Of a DNA stretch of 26,205 nucleotides, positions 1 through 10,593 are shown in pieces. The notes under the pieces are model-generated. The model saw nothing but the letters and a program-made list of their open reading frames with translations. It searched no databases and was not told where the DNA came from. The stretch spans positions 1 to 26,205 of the forward strand of contig NW_021835672.1 of assembly GCF_006345805.1 (NCBI RefSeq), read 5' to 3'. Numbering within the stretch: position 1 is the stretch's first letter; each line of letters starts with the position of its first letter. This DNA comes from Octopus sinensis. Its lineage: Eukaryota. The position numbers and the translations under genes were made by a program.

Positions 1-451
1 TTCAAAATTGCTAAAAGTTTGCGGTGTAAACTGTCTAATTAATTAATTAATTAATTATAACAATTTAGTCTGACATATTTTTGAGTCGAGAACTGGGAAA
101 ACAAGAACGAATTTGTTCTTTGCTAATAAAATTGGATTTCCACAGCCTAGAATCTGCAGGAAAATCCATTTAAATAAGAGGGGTCTTTGGCCATGAAATG
201 AGAATTGTTGATCCGTATGGTAGAATGAGCCATTAAATGACCAATTTTATTTATCCTAAAACTTATAATAAATGATGATTCCGTATATTACAGCTGAAAG
301 ATACGAAGAGCTATGTTTTGTAGGAGCGTATAGATGTTGTCATAAAATGAATGAATAAGCATTACGACGATGACGGAGTGGTTGAGAGGTTCCTTTTTAA
401 ACAATGGGGTTTAGTGTACGATGTGGACGATCGATTCCATTGCGCGACATG

Positions 452-670
452 TAGGCGCGTTCGACCTTCTGGTAATCGCAACCACATCTCAATCTCTCAA
501 ATCTGTCTTTAATAAAAGCTGGAAGAAAGGCGGCGAGCTGACAGAATCATTTGAAGCCAAAGTCTATAAAGAAAACTGGAGGGACATTTTTGAATAGTCT
601 CGTCTGAGAAGAACTGTGAGGATGCTTTTGATTAGAGGATCACATTTGAATTGAGGCTATGCAGCACCTA
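452..670 (+). repeat. Degenerate family D short interspersed repeat, with a family B SINE head (GGCGGCGAGCTGACAGAATC) at ~528-550
   Basis: GTTCGACC...CGCAACCACATCTC resembles 7030-7065. The head matches 1651 and 25707. Confidence 0.35.
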
Positions 671-796
671 GATCTATATATACGGCACCAAGGTGCTACG
701 CTGTGGAATTGAACAAACTTCAACAGAAACAACAAAATATACGAGTCAAATATATTTAAGTTGCGATATAACAGCAAAGCTTGTTATGAATCCCCC

Positions 797-797
<1 letters not shown>

Positions 798-864
<67 letters not shown>
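798..864. repeat. (TA)n microsatellite
   Basis: Direct reading. Confidence 0.95.
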
Positions 865-867
<3 letters not shown>

Positions 868-1349
868 ATATATTATATTATATTCGTTTGAGGATAAAAT
901 CTATAAGCATCTAATAAAAAACAATATTCCTAGCAATAAAATACGCGGTTCTTCATGTCTTCCAGCTCTGAAATATCGAATATCATATATAGGTTTTAGG
1001 TTGAGTAAAATTGGTCATCTCTTCACATTTATAGATACGCATAATTCTATAAATGGCTTTGAGAGGAAACATGCAGTTTTATGTGAATACATATTTAAAA
1101 AGCACATGCATACATGCACAGCTGTGTAGGGTCATTCACACGCACGAAAAAAAACTCACATACAAACACACATATATAAATGAGTATACATATACGAATA
1201 TATAGATACATATATAGGTGACTATCTATCTAATACACACACACACAACACACATATATATATCTGTCCGTCTGTCAGTCTGTCTGTCTATGTGTCTGCC
1301 TCTCTGTTTGTCTGTCTGCCTGTCTTTCTGTCGACCTGACTGTCGTATA

Positions 1350-1559
1350 TGTGTATGTGTGTATTTGTGTGTCAGTGTTTGTCCCCGCAACATCACTTGA
1401 CAACCGATACTGGTGTTTTTACGTCCTCGTAACTTAGCAGTTCGGCAAAAGAAACCGATAGAATAAGTACAAGGCTTGCAAAGAATAAGTCCTGGGGTCG
1501 ATTTGCTCGACTAAAGGCAGTGCTCCAGCATGGCCGCAGTTAAATGACCGAAACAAATA
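1350..1559 (+). mobile_element. Family A SINE, 3' half
   Basis: TTAGCAGTTCGGCAAAAGAAACCGATAGAATAAGTAC...GCTCCAGCATGGCCGCAG is closely similar to 11258-11449 and 21640-21777. Confidence 0.85.
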
Positions 1560-1650
1560 CACACACACACACACACACTCACACACGCGCACACATCTTT
1601 GTAGTGTAGCTATGCATGTACACACATACATTTTAATATATATTTATTTA

Positions 1651-1868
1651 AGGCAGTGAACTGGCAGAAACGTTAGCACACCGGGCGAAATACTTAGCGA
1701 CATTTTGTCCGTTTTTACGTTCCGGGTTGAAATTCCGTCGAGGTCGTCTTTGCTTTTCCTCTTTGCGGGGTCGATAGATTAAGTACCAGTTGTGTACTTG
1801 GGTCGATCTAATCGACTGGCCTCTTCCCCCAAAATTTCGGGCCATGTGCCTTGAGTAGAAAAGAATTA
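1651..1868 (+). mobile_element. Family B SINE, near full length
   Basis: Head GGCAGTGAACTGGCAGAAACGTTAGC, B-box-like GGGTTGAAATTCC and central GGGGTCGATAGATTAAGTACCAG are shared with several other copies in the window. Confidence 0.85.
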
Positions 1869-1968
1869 GAATTTGTGGGGAAAAATTTTTTAGTATGTAT
1901 GTAGATTTCTGAAAAGGAATTAGATATCTGTGTTCGTGTGTACCTCTCTCCCCCCTCTCTCTCTCTCT

Positions 1969-2006
<38 letters not shown>

Positions 2007-2028
2007 TATATATATAATATATATATAG

Positions 2029-2212
2029 TTAATCCAAACAAGAAGCACAAAAAACACAACAACGCGAAGATTATAGTACTATTGGACGCTCAGGAAAGAA
2101 GGAAAGAAGGAGGGTTTAACGTTTCGAGCGGAGCTCTTCGTCGGAAACATAGGAGAAGGAAGACAGAGGGAAAGAAATTCGCCAACGGTACACACGAGGT
2201 CACATTTTGAAA
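2029..2212 (-). mobile_element. Probable Penelope-like element terminal fragment carrying a hammerhead-variant motif
   Basis: Unique block between microsatellites that contains the hammerhead-like motif at 2114-2148. Confidence 0.55.
2114..2148 (-). ncRNA. Minimal type-I hammerhead-like motif with variant core
   Basis: Minus strand reads GUUU-CCGACGA-A-GAGC(UCC)GCUC-GAAACG-UU-AAAC. Stem I GUUU/AAAC, stem II GAGC/GCUC, palindromic AACGUU. Confidence 0.6.
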
Positions 2213-2635
2213 AAATATATATAATGTGTGTGTGTGTGTGTATACACACAGACATAAAGAGAGAAAGAGAGAGAGAAAGAGAGGGGGGCAGATAGAATGA
2301 CAGACAAACGGACAGATGGATATAGAACAAATATAGATATAAATTTAGCTATATTGATACACACATACAAACACACACACATACACACATGATTTAAACG
2401 AAAATGAGTTAAGACAACTCAAAGTGGCCAGTGACATGTATTTGAATAACATAGACAAATACAGGTCTATCAAACACCGTACAACATTTTGTCGAAGTTA
2501 TATCTTCTTCTATAGAATGTATCATAAGTAACAAATAGCAATTAAGACCTGTTCCACGTGAGAGGGGGAATCGATAATTCTCCAAAATTGTCCATTAATG
2601 AAAAGCTAAGTATATTGTTTGGAGATAAGTGTACA

Positions 2636-2680
2636 GTCGTAGACAAGTGTTTCTAGCTCAATAGCCGTCATCAGAACGAC
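2636..2680 (-). ncRNA. Minimal type-I hammerhead ribozyme motif, intact core
   Basis: Minus strand reads GUCGUU-CUGAUGA-CGGCU(AUUG)AGCUA-GAAAC(ACUU)GUC^UACGAC. Stem I GUCGU/ACGAC and a GUC cleavage triplet. Confidence 0.75.
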
Positions 2681-2951
2681 AGATCTTCAGCGTTATCCCA
2701 AGTCGCCAAAGAACTTAGACTTATAGAAAGAAAAAAAGAAAGACAAGGGAAAAAGTAATTTGCATAATTGAAACAAAATACAAATGAAAATCGCTCACGC
2801 ATGAAAATCGTCACAAGGTTTCCAAAAATAACGGATCAGTATTTGAATTTAAGTCCATTATTCCTTTCGTTAAGTCAAGAAAAGGAAGAAACTTTTCTAA
2901 AATGTTTTATCATTTCTTAGCTTCGCGATAATTTATTTCTATCCAATTATC

Positions 2952-3055
2952 TGTTACCTGACGAGCCACATAATTCTGTTATTTACAAAAATGTTTGTAG
3001 CACTTACAGCGACTCTTTGTAAATTTACCGTTTTGCAAAACAGAGGCCGGTAGCA
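2952..3055 (+). ncRNA. Hammerhead relic with GAAA deleted
   Basis: UGUUAC-CUGACGA-GCC...UCUGUU-AUUUACAAA...UUUGUAAAU...AACAGA-GGC-CG-GUAGCA. The nested stems pair but GAAA is absent. Confidence 0.4.
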
Positions 3056-3117
3056 CCATGTCTGGATCTTACTTTTAGTTTCATGTTTTTAATGAATTTT
3101 ATACAGTTACATACGAC

Positions 3118-3120
<3 letters not shown>

Positions 3121-3201
<81 letters not shown>

Positions 3202-3363
3202 GTGTGTGTGTATGTGTGTGTGTATGTGTGTGTGTGCGTGTGTGTGTGTGTGTGTGCGTGCGTGCGTGCGTGTATATTTGTCTGTGTATTTGTGTGTGTG
3301 TGTATGCATACATATATGCATATATATAAATATATATATTTGTGTGAGTGTATATATGATTAC

Positions 3364-3439
<76 letters not shown>

Positions 3440-3470
3440 ACATACATGCATACATACATACATATAGATA
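3121..3470. repeat. Compound microsatellite (TG)n-(TA)n-(AG)n-(TACA)n
   Basis: Direct reading. Confidence 0.95.
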
Positions 3471-3629
3471 CTTATCATTTCTACTTTTGCTTCTTTCTAC
3501 CATCTTCCGCACGTGCACAGAACGTTGACTTTTCACACAGTTTCGTTGTGCGCTCGAAGTATTATTGAGTTTTGTTAAACTTGTACGAACCGATGTGACT
3601 TTATAACTTACTAATTCGAAAGAAAAAAA

Positions 3630-3745
3630 ATGACTTTCACAAACAACAGTGAAAATTATTGAGACTGCAAAGAAGACAAATAACTGCTGGAAGAAGAAGA
3701 TTTTGAGTCCCGGAGAACGGTACCGAGTTAACTTGGTCTATCGTC
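3630..3745 (+). pseudogene. Possible relic of a pogo-type transposase N-terminus (Brinker-like DNA-binding domain)
   Basis: VKIIETAKKTNNC then, after a frameshift, AGRRRF*VPEN...W. Recalls the KVxExAxxxNNxxAxRxFGVxE...W pattern; short and degraded. Confidence 0.3.
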
Positions 3746-3809
3746 AAAGGTTGCTGCTGCTGCTGTTGTCGTCGTCAATGGTGGTGCTGCTGCAACTGCT
3801 GGTGATGCT

Positions 3810-3903
3810 GTTGTTTATCCCCAGTTCGTCTCTAATCTAGCACCAGTATGCTGGAAGGCGTTCCAACCGTGACAACCCTACCCTGTCTTTTTAAGTGTTA
3901 TCT
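3810..3903 (-). repeat. Family D repeat 3' end with (AAC) tail
   Basis: Minus strand TCACGGTTGGAACGCCTT...CTGGGGATAAACAAC resembles 5920-5990 TCACGG...GACCTGGGACAAGCTATAACAACAAC. Confidence 0.4.
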
Positions 3904-4632
3904 TTATAAACATAGTAAAAGACCAAACATAAGCATAATAACTGGAAAAAAGAATTGTTGAGTGAAAATTCCGCAAACTGGCCATACTGGGAAAATATGC
4001 CTTCTTTTGAAGTCATCCAAACTTATAAAATAACGAATAAAAGAAGTCTGGAATTTAGAAATTGGCGCAAGTGATGGATGCTGCACAAGGCTCGTAAGAC
4101 ACGATTTGGTATTTCGATCGAAGGTAGAAAAAAGCTAAGATTTTACGGAAGCTAATAAGCCAGGTGATAATAGATTTCGCTAATCAAAAGACTTGTGAAA
4201 TATTAACAAGAGCCACGTGATGTTTGGGTCATTTAATGTCTTATAAGATGTGTATTTCGAACAGTTGAATCATATTGCAGTCTGGTTTATTTTTTAAAAA
4301 AAGAATTAATCTTAAATTGGAAGTTATTGAGAATGCATAGGAAAGGAATAACTATGTTACAGGAACAAAATTTTGCGCCGCAGAGTGATTAAAGATATTG
4401 AATTAAGTTGGTGAGCCAACAGAGGCCGTTGTCGTTGTGTTCGCTGTCACCGCCGCCGTCATCGTCGTCGTTGTTGTTGTTGCTGTCAATGGCGGTGGTG
4501 ATGTTTAAATCCAAGTCAGCTTTTGCAAATAGAATATTTTGAGTACGTGTCTTAAATTCCTTGTAATAATTGTCGATCCCATACGATTAACATAAAAAAA
4601 AATTCTTTGTCCCGAGCCCCACCCCGAGTATA

Positions 4633-5100
4633 TCTCTGGATGGGTTCTACACAAAAATGTTACCAGCATTACTTTACATTAAGCAGAACGAGCAGCAATA
4701 AATTTCTTATTTCTTTATTGCCCACAAGGGGCTAAACACAGAGGGAACAAACAAGGACAGACAAACGGATTAAGTTGATTACATCGACCCCAGTGCGTAA
4801 CTGGTACTTAATTTATCGACCCCGAAAGGATGAAAGGCAAAATCGACCTCGGCGGAATTTGAACTCAGAACGTAACTGCAGACGTCCTAACGTTTCTGCC
4901 AGCTCACCGCCTTAATAAATTTCTGTACAGAAATATTACCAGGGTTAAGTGAGAAATGAGGCAGGCTATTGACTGCCAGAGACGCCAGGAACTGCCAAAC
5001 AACCAGCTTGTGTTATGGGAGCCAAGACATCGATTAACATCGAAGGAAAGGGCATGGATGGAGTAAAATATAGACGAGGAAATTATTGGATCTGGGTCCT
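4633..5100 (+). mobile_element. Old RTE-clade LINE fragment (post-RT thumb region) interrupted by a SINE
   Basis: LDGFYTKML (4636-4662) lies before the SINE and LY..LPGLSEK..MRQAIDCQRRQELPNNQLVLWEPRH after it. Matches the RTE pattern LDGxYTRMLR...LYxxLP...RLAGHCxR...LVLWEPxHG. Confidence 0.65.
4708..4913 (-). mobile_element. Family B SINE with 11-bp TSD and an internal deletion in the head
   Basis: TSD AATAAATTTCT at 4697-4707 and 4914-4924. Body matches 1651 but lacks the CCGGGCGAAAT segment. Confidence 0.9.
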
Positions 5101-5182
5101 GGATTAGACATCTGAGAAGGACATAAATAATTGTTTGGTTCATGGCCAGTAATTTTAAGGGTAGGGACACCACCCACCCTAC

Positions 5183-5300
5183 CACATCGAAGGGATGAAA
5201 AGTAAAGTCGACCCGGCAGGATTTAACATAGAACATAAAGTGGCAGAACGAATGGCGCATTTTCCCGACGTTCAAACGATTCCGCCAATCGACTGCTCTC
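5183..5300 (-). mobile_element. Degenerate family B SINE
   Basis: GAAGGGATGAAAAGTAAAGTCGACC...AACGATTCCGCCAATCG. Confidence 0.6.
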
Positions 5301-5319
5301 ATAATTGTTTCTACCCTGG

Positions 5320-5469
5320 TACCTTGACTGGTATTTTATATTATCAACAGCCAAAGGGATGAAAGGCAATGTTGACCTCGGTCGAATTTGAACTCAATAC
5401 TCAAAGAGCCGGAAGAAATACCAGCAAGTATTTTATCCCAACACTAACGATTCTACCAGACCACCGCCC
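5320..5469 (-). mobile_element. Degenerate family B SINE
   Basis: GGATGAAAGGCAATGTTGACCTCGGTCGAATTTGAACTC...CTAACGATTCTACCAGACCACCGCC. Confidence 0.75.
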
Positions 5470-5904
5470 TATTTCTCCATCATTCTCAAGTTACAGAATT
5501 TAGCTACGATAAACATATCCGCTCTAGTAATAAATTAAGACAAAGTTCTACAACATGTAATAAACAGAATTATCCACGGCCTCATCCCTCATCATTAATT
5601 CTATCATTGTGAAGAATTCACGGCAACGTTTCTGCTGGTCAAACTAGAGTAGCAGAAGTATACTTTTTTCATGACTTACTTAGACGAAGAAAGAAAGTAC
5701 ACACGACCTTTACCCAGTCTCCATTGACTGTTGCAGTAGGAAGCATATCAAAATATCGAATTATTCCCACAAGAGAGACATAGTTTGAATGTTTGCAGCA
5801 GAGTTACTCAATAAAGAGAGGTCAGAGGCCTACATCTAGTGCAAAGTAGGGTCACGGATTAATTCAACCACTCAAGTACACGTTTAGAACGTTCGAATAA
5901 CGTT

Positions 5905-5990
5905 TTTTTAAAACAGGCTGATCACGGTCTGCCTGCTTTTGATTATGTGTTCAATCAGGGCTGACCTGGGACAAGCTATAACAACAACCA
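5905..5990 (+). repeat. Family D repeat 3' end
   Basis: CAATCAGGGCTGACCTGGGACAAGCTATAACAACAAC; similar to 3810-3903. Confidence 0.4.
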
Positions 5991-5991
5991 C

Positions 5992-6130
5992 TGGATGGCC
6001 TGACAACATTTATGACACTAACACGATTCTCTATGGTACCACATTCCATCTATCCAAATACTCTGTGGAGGTATTGGTCAACCCAGAACTACGGCAGAGG
6101 ATACTTTCTAAAGTCCTTCGAAGTAGAATC
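5992..6130 (+). mobile_element. Possible very old RTE-like LINE relic
   Basis: WPDNI...NTILYGTT and, in another frame, GQPRTTAEDT recall RTE WPxxIxNxxLY and GRPxxTxxD. Weak. Confidence 0.25.
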
Positions 6131-6176
6131 AAAGTCCAGAGTCATCAAAGTGTATGTGTGTGTGGACGCGCGCGTG

Positions 6177-6230
<54 letters not shown>

Positions 6231-6235
6231 ATATC

Positions 6236-6395
6236 AGAAGCACGTGGTTTAGTGGTTAGGGTGTTGCACAGACCGCGCGATTCATTGAATTCTTGAGCAA
6301 AACACTCAGTTGGCAAAATCACTAATCCTGCGCCGGACTGAGTGGAAATATACACCGCAGGATCCGGTTTCATGCGCTTATGGCTCGGAAGGCGT
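6236..6395 (+). mobile_element. Degenerate SINE with family C-like tRNA head
   Basis: CACGTGGTTTAGTGGTTAGGG (A-box) and CTTGAGCAAAACACT...TGGCAAAA match 16331-16613. Confidence 0.55.
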
Positions 6396-6404
6396 TTGAT
6401 CCTT

Positions 6405-6407
<3 letters not shown>

Positions 6408-6469
<62 letters not shown>
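6408..6469. repeat. (TG)n microsatellite
   Basis: Direct reading. Confidence 0.95.
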
Positions 6470-6471
<2 letters not shown>

Positions 6472-7027
6472 GCATTTTATCCCCAAATGTTTTCGGGGCT
6501 TTCACGCTTTGACAATTATTCGCTGCACATCGTTCTTCAACGAACCTCACTTTGTATCCATAACGCTTTTGCATTGCAGTGTTGAATCGACATTTTTAAG
6601 AATGAAAAAATTTGCAACTTTGACATCAACACAAGAGAAAATATATTATCATCGGTAAATTCTATATCAACAGTGACAGTAATGTTCTATTTCTAACAGC
6701 GTTGGATGAATGCAAAATAACGACGACGCACACCGCCTTTGCGTGTCTTTCTGAAAGAATGAATATATCATACGCTACTCAGAAATGCAAAAAACGAATC
6801 TAATATCAAATGTATTGTTGAAAAGAAAAATGAAAGAAAGCCTCAGAATTTGAATGTGGAATGTGGGAAAAGAGCGCGTGATTGTACAGCAACTGAAGTG
6901 GATTACTTGATTAAAACCTTAAAGATTAGCAGAAGAATATGCATGGGTAAATTTCACACCAAATGATAGATGAAAAGCATAAATAGGAGCGAGGAGAGAA
7001 TCGTTCAATATAGGTAGCCTATAATAT

Positions 7028-7135
7028 GTGTTCGTTCGAACTGTAACATTAGCAGCCAAATCTACTTCACACCACACCCTGCCACTTTAAAAAAAGGAAG
7101 AACACATTAGATATAAGTTCTAAATATACGTTTCC
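7028..7135 (+). repeat. Family D repeat, internal part
   Basis: GTTCGAAC...TAGCAGCCAAATCT...CACACCCTG...TTAAAAAAAGGAAGAACACATT; similar to 455-530. Confidence 0.4.
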
Positions 7136-7179
7136 GTCTTGGAGAGAAGTAACTAAGGGTTCTTAGCTGTGGTGCAAGC

Positions 7180-7525
7180 GATTAACCTGCTCTGCACACT
7201 TCCAATGTAGGTGTGTCCAAGTAGATAATGGCTGACAGTAAACTCTGACAGAAAGACAAGCTGTGGTTGTCAGCTTTAAGGCGATTTCCGGCAGACTTAA
7301 TTTCCGGTGACCTCCTGCATTTGGAAGGAGGAACTAATCTTCCTGTGTCACACTTGCAACTCAATCTTCTTCACAGCGAAGATAACGACACTGAAAAATG
7401 CATGGTCCCCACCATTTCTCATTTAACGCCACCACAAAGTTTCATTGAAAAGATCAATTCGCTCGCGTTATGGATCATGGATCTTGGAACTCAGAAACAG
7501 TCCCTGTCGTTGTGGTAGTCGATGC
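7180..7525 (-). pseudogene. Possible ancient L1/Tx1-type ORF2 C-terminal relic
   Basis: Across frameshifts the minus strand gives KLCGGVK*EMVG-HAFF-QC, resembling the CxxC...ETxxHxFFxC motif. Several stops. Confidence 0.25.
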
Positions 7526-8893
7526 TTCATTCGCGTTTAAGACAATGGAATATCGTCGCTTTTGTATTTTCGTCACTCGAGTTGTTGGATAGACAATGCA
7601 TTTGTGATTCCTTGGTCACTCGCACGACTACATTCACATTTGTAGCTGCTGTTTATGAGCAAGAGAGTCATGAAAGGTACCACAATCGAAGGAGAAGTTA
7701 TTCGTCATCGAATCCAATGGATAGCAATAAGCAAGCGAGTTTGCGTGCATCTTTCACTGATGTGTATCAACGACAGATGCATACATCGATGCGAAAACAG
7801 AAAAGCGAAGGCATTCAACTAAAAATACTTGTGATGTATTCGTTGTGTACCGAGTTGACTATCGAATCCATTAACAATTTTGCTTTCAGAAATACAAGAA
7901 ACTTACCATTGTTCCATTGTAAACCTGTAATCAATGACTGTAAGATGGAATAAAAAATATCTTCTTTGCTGTTGTAATAAGAGATAGGGAAGCTCCGTGG
8001 AAAGCGTTGATGAACGGTGTCAGCAAAAGAAAATCAATAACCAATAACAATGTTCAAGATAGATTGGAAGTCCGTTTGTTTATAGGAATATAGATTCTAA
8101 CTTTTCGGTCGTTGACTTTTCGTTTGAGAATGGGTGAAGATAAGCAAAACGATTCAAGACGTGTCTTCATCTTTTGTTACATGAGATTCTTTTGTTCTAT
8201 ATCGCAGTTTGTATATATATACATAAATACATACATAATGCATACATAAATACATACATAATGCATACACACATATATATAATAGGCTTGACGGAAGTTA
8301 TAACATGTCTCCTACTTTACTTCCTCGTAATGGCAAAGGATCGAAATATTAAACTCAACAACCCTCAAAGCAAAAAAAAAAACACGAAAACCACTCTACG
8401 TGTGCTAGATAATGAAAGGATTACATTGTCACCCAGTAAACGTTAAATTCAACCCCATCTCAAGAGAAATGGACGCTACATGTTTTGAATTTTTCTTCTT
8501 AACAAGAGGTTTACGTTGGCACTTAAAAATATAGGAAGATCTGTAGAATATAATGGAAAAGGACTAATCCCCGTTGCTCAAATATTAGTGATGCAACGAA
8601 GATCTGAAAAACGAAAACACACCTTGTTCAATGTTTCCCAATTCGCTTCCGTCGGAGGTACATATACGCATGGCTTCCTCATTGCACACACGCGCGCTCG
8701 CGCAGATATATCTCGTGTCTACATTCAGTACTACATGATTGATGATTTATGCTGTTATAAAAGAAAACTAGAGAAAAGAAAAACAGTTACAGAAATGTTA
8801 AGAATTATAACAATACACTTCTTGTTACATTCATCGGAAATGAGGAAAAAAAAAGCCAAACTGTCATCCATTTAATTTCTGCAAAATTGTTTC

Positions 8894-8918
8894 ATACATA
8901 CATACATACATACATACA

Positions 8919-8952
<34 letters not shown>

Positions 8953-9245
8953 CACATACATACATACATATATATATATACATACATACATGCATACATA
9001 CATACATACATATATACACATACATATATATATATATATACGCATACATACATAGATACATGCATGCATACATACATACATATATATACATACATACATA
9101 CATATATATATATACATACATACATACATACATACATACATACATGCATACATACATACATATATACACATACATACATACATAATACATACATATATAC
9201 ACATACATACATACATACATATATACACATACATACATACATACA

Positions 9246-9279
<34 letters not shown>

Positions 9280-9322
9280 CACATACATACATACATACAT
9301 ACATACATACATACATACATAC

Positions 9323-9356
<34 letters not shown>

Positions 9357-9661
9357 CACTACATACAACATATATATATATACATACCCCATAAATTTAA
9401 CATACATACATACAATACATACATTATACACATACATATATATATATATATACGCATACATACATAGATACATGCATGCATACATACATACATATATATA
9501 CATAATACATACATATATATATATACATCATACATACATACATACATACATACATGCATACATACATACAATATATCACATACATACATACATAATAACA
9601 TACATATATACACATACATACATACATACATATACACAACATACATACATACATACATACA

Positions 9662-9695
<34 letters not shown>

Positions 9696-9870
9696 CACTA
9701 CATACATACATACATACATACATACAACATACTAATACATAATACATACATGCATGCATGCATAAATACATACATAGTACGTACATACAATGCACACATA
9801 TACATACTCGCACATATATATAATAGGTAAATACATATATACATATATACTTATACTTATAAATATAAAC
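8894..9870. repeat. ~1-kb complex (TACA)n/(TA)n microsatellite with internal block duplication
   Basis: CGCATACATACATAGATACATGCATGCATAC occurs at 9041 and 9453. Confidence 0.95.
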
Positions 9871-10211
9871 ATATCTCCGTGTGTGTGTGTGTGTGTGTGT
9901 GTGTACATTCTTCACTTATGTGAAATCGTTTCACACACACACGCGTATACACACACACACACACACATACATGTATGTATATATGTATGTATGTATAATT
10001 ATTTTCTTTTAAATTTTACTTTGCTTTTCAAAGAAAAATGTTAATAGGTTATGGGTTCGTTTTACAGTTAGCAATTTCAAAATGACGCTACCGGAAGTGA
10101 AACAACGATAATAGTATACATAGAATAATATAACAATGGAGTCAATCTTACGAAACATTACGAGATTTCCGAATTGTAGAATTTTGCAATCTGGTCTATT
10201 CTGTTATTCTA

Positions 10212-10593
10212 TCTCTCTATATATAAACGGCAGTTTGTCTGTGTGTGTGTCTGTGTGTCTGTCAGGTTGTACCCTCACCCTGACCATGGCTTTCAACTGA
10301 TTCTGATGAAACTTGACACACACATAGCCCAATGTCATAATTCAAAACTAACGCAGCGAAGATTTTGAAAAGTTCCCCCAGTTCTGAAAGAAATCGATAA
10401 ATTCAACATGGGGTCGAGAATCAGAAACACAAACCACAGACTGTCTAGGGGATGCAACTCAACCGTTTTAACTCTCAAAAAAAATTTACCATAATTTTTT
10501 TCCATTTTTTTCTATTTTTTGGCTATAACTCTCTAAAAATGCTTTATAGTTATTTCCCTTACAAACCCGAGCAACGCCGGGCGATACTGCTAG
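10212..10593 (+). mobile_element. Non-autonomous Helitron (~380 bp)
   Basis: 5' A|TCTCTCTATATATAAA, subterminal hairpin CCCGAGCAACGCCGGG (10566-10581), 3' CTAG|T. Inserted between A and T with no TSD. Confidence 0.85.

Larger units (their letters stand above)
237..1019. mobile_element. Degenerate inverted-repeat element (MITE-like), arms ~237-338 and ~907-1019
   Basis: The reverse complement of ATGACCAATTTTATTTATCCTAAAACTTATA...CAGCTGAAAGATACGAAG aligns with CTTCATGTCTTTCCAGCT...TATAGGTTTTAGGTTGAGTAAAATTGGTCAT. No clear TSD. Confidence 0.5.

Noticed and set aside
1942-2293. Inverted CT-rich and GA-rich tracts flanking 2029-2212
   Set aside because: Low-complexity match that is expected by chance here.
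6470-6574. Second Brinker-like peptide (YKVRFVEE...NNC) on the minus strand
   Set aside because: Spacing fits poorly and it is too short to support.
8864-9915. Long ORFs (up to 282 aa) of MYVC/HTYI repeats, and similar ORFs elsewhere
   Set aside because: They are translations of stop-free microsatellites, open in several frames on both strands.
10078-10100. ETS-like CCGGAAGTG next to AAAATGACG as a promoter (also 22781-22789)
   Set aside because: Short motifs with no linked gene or transcript evidence.
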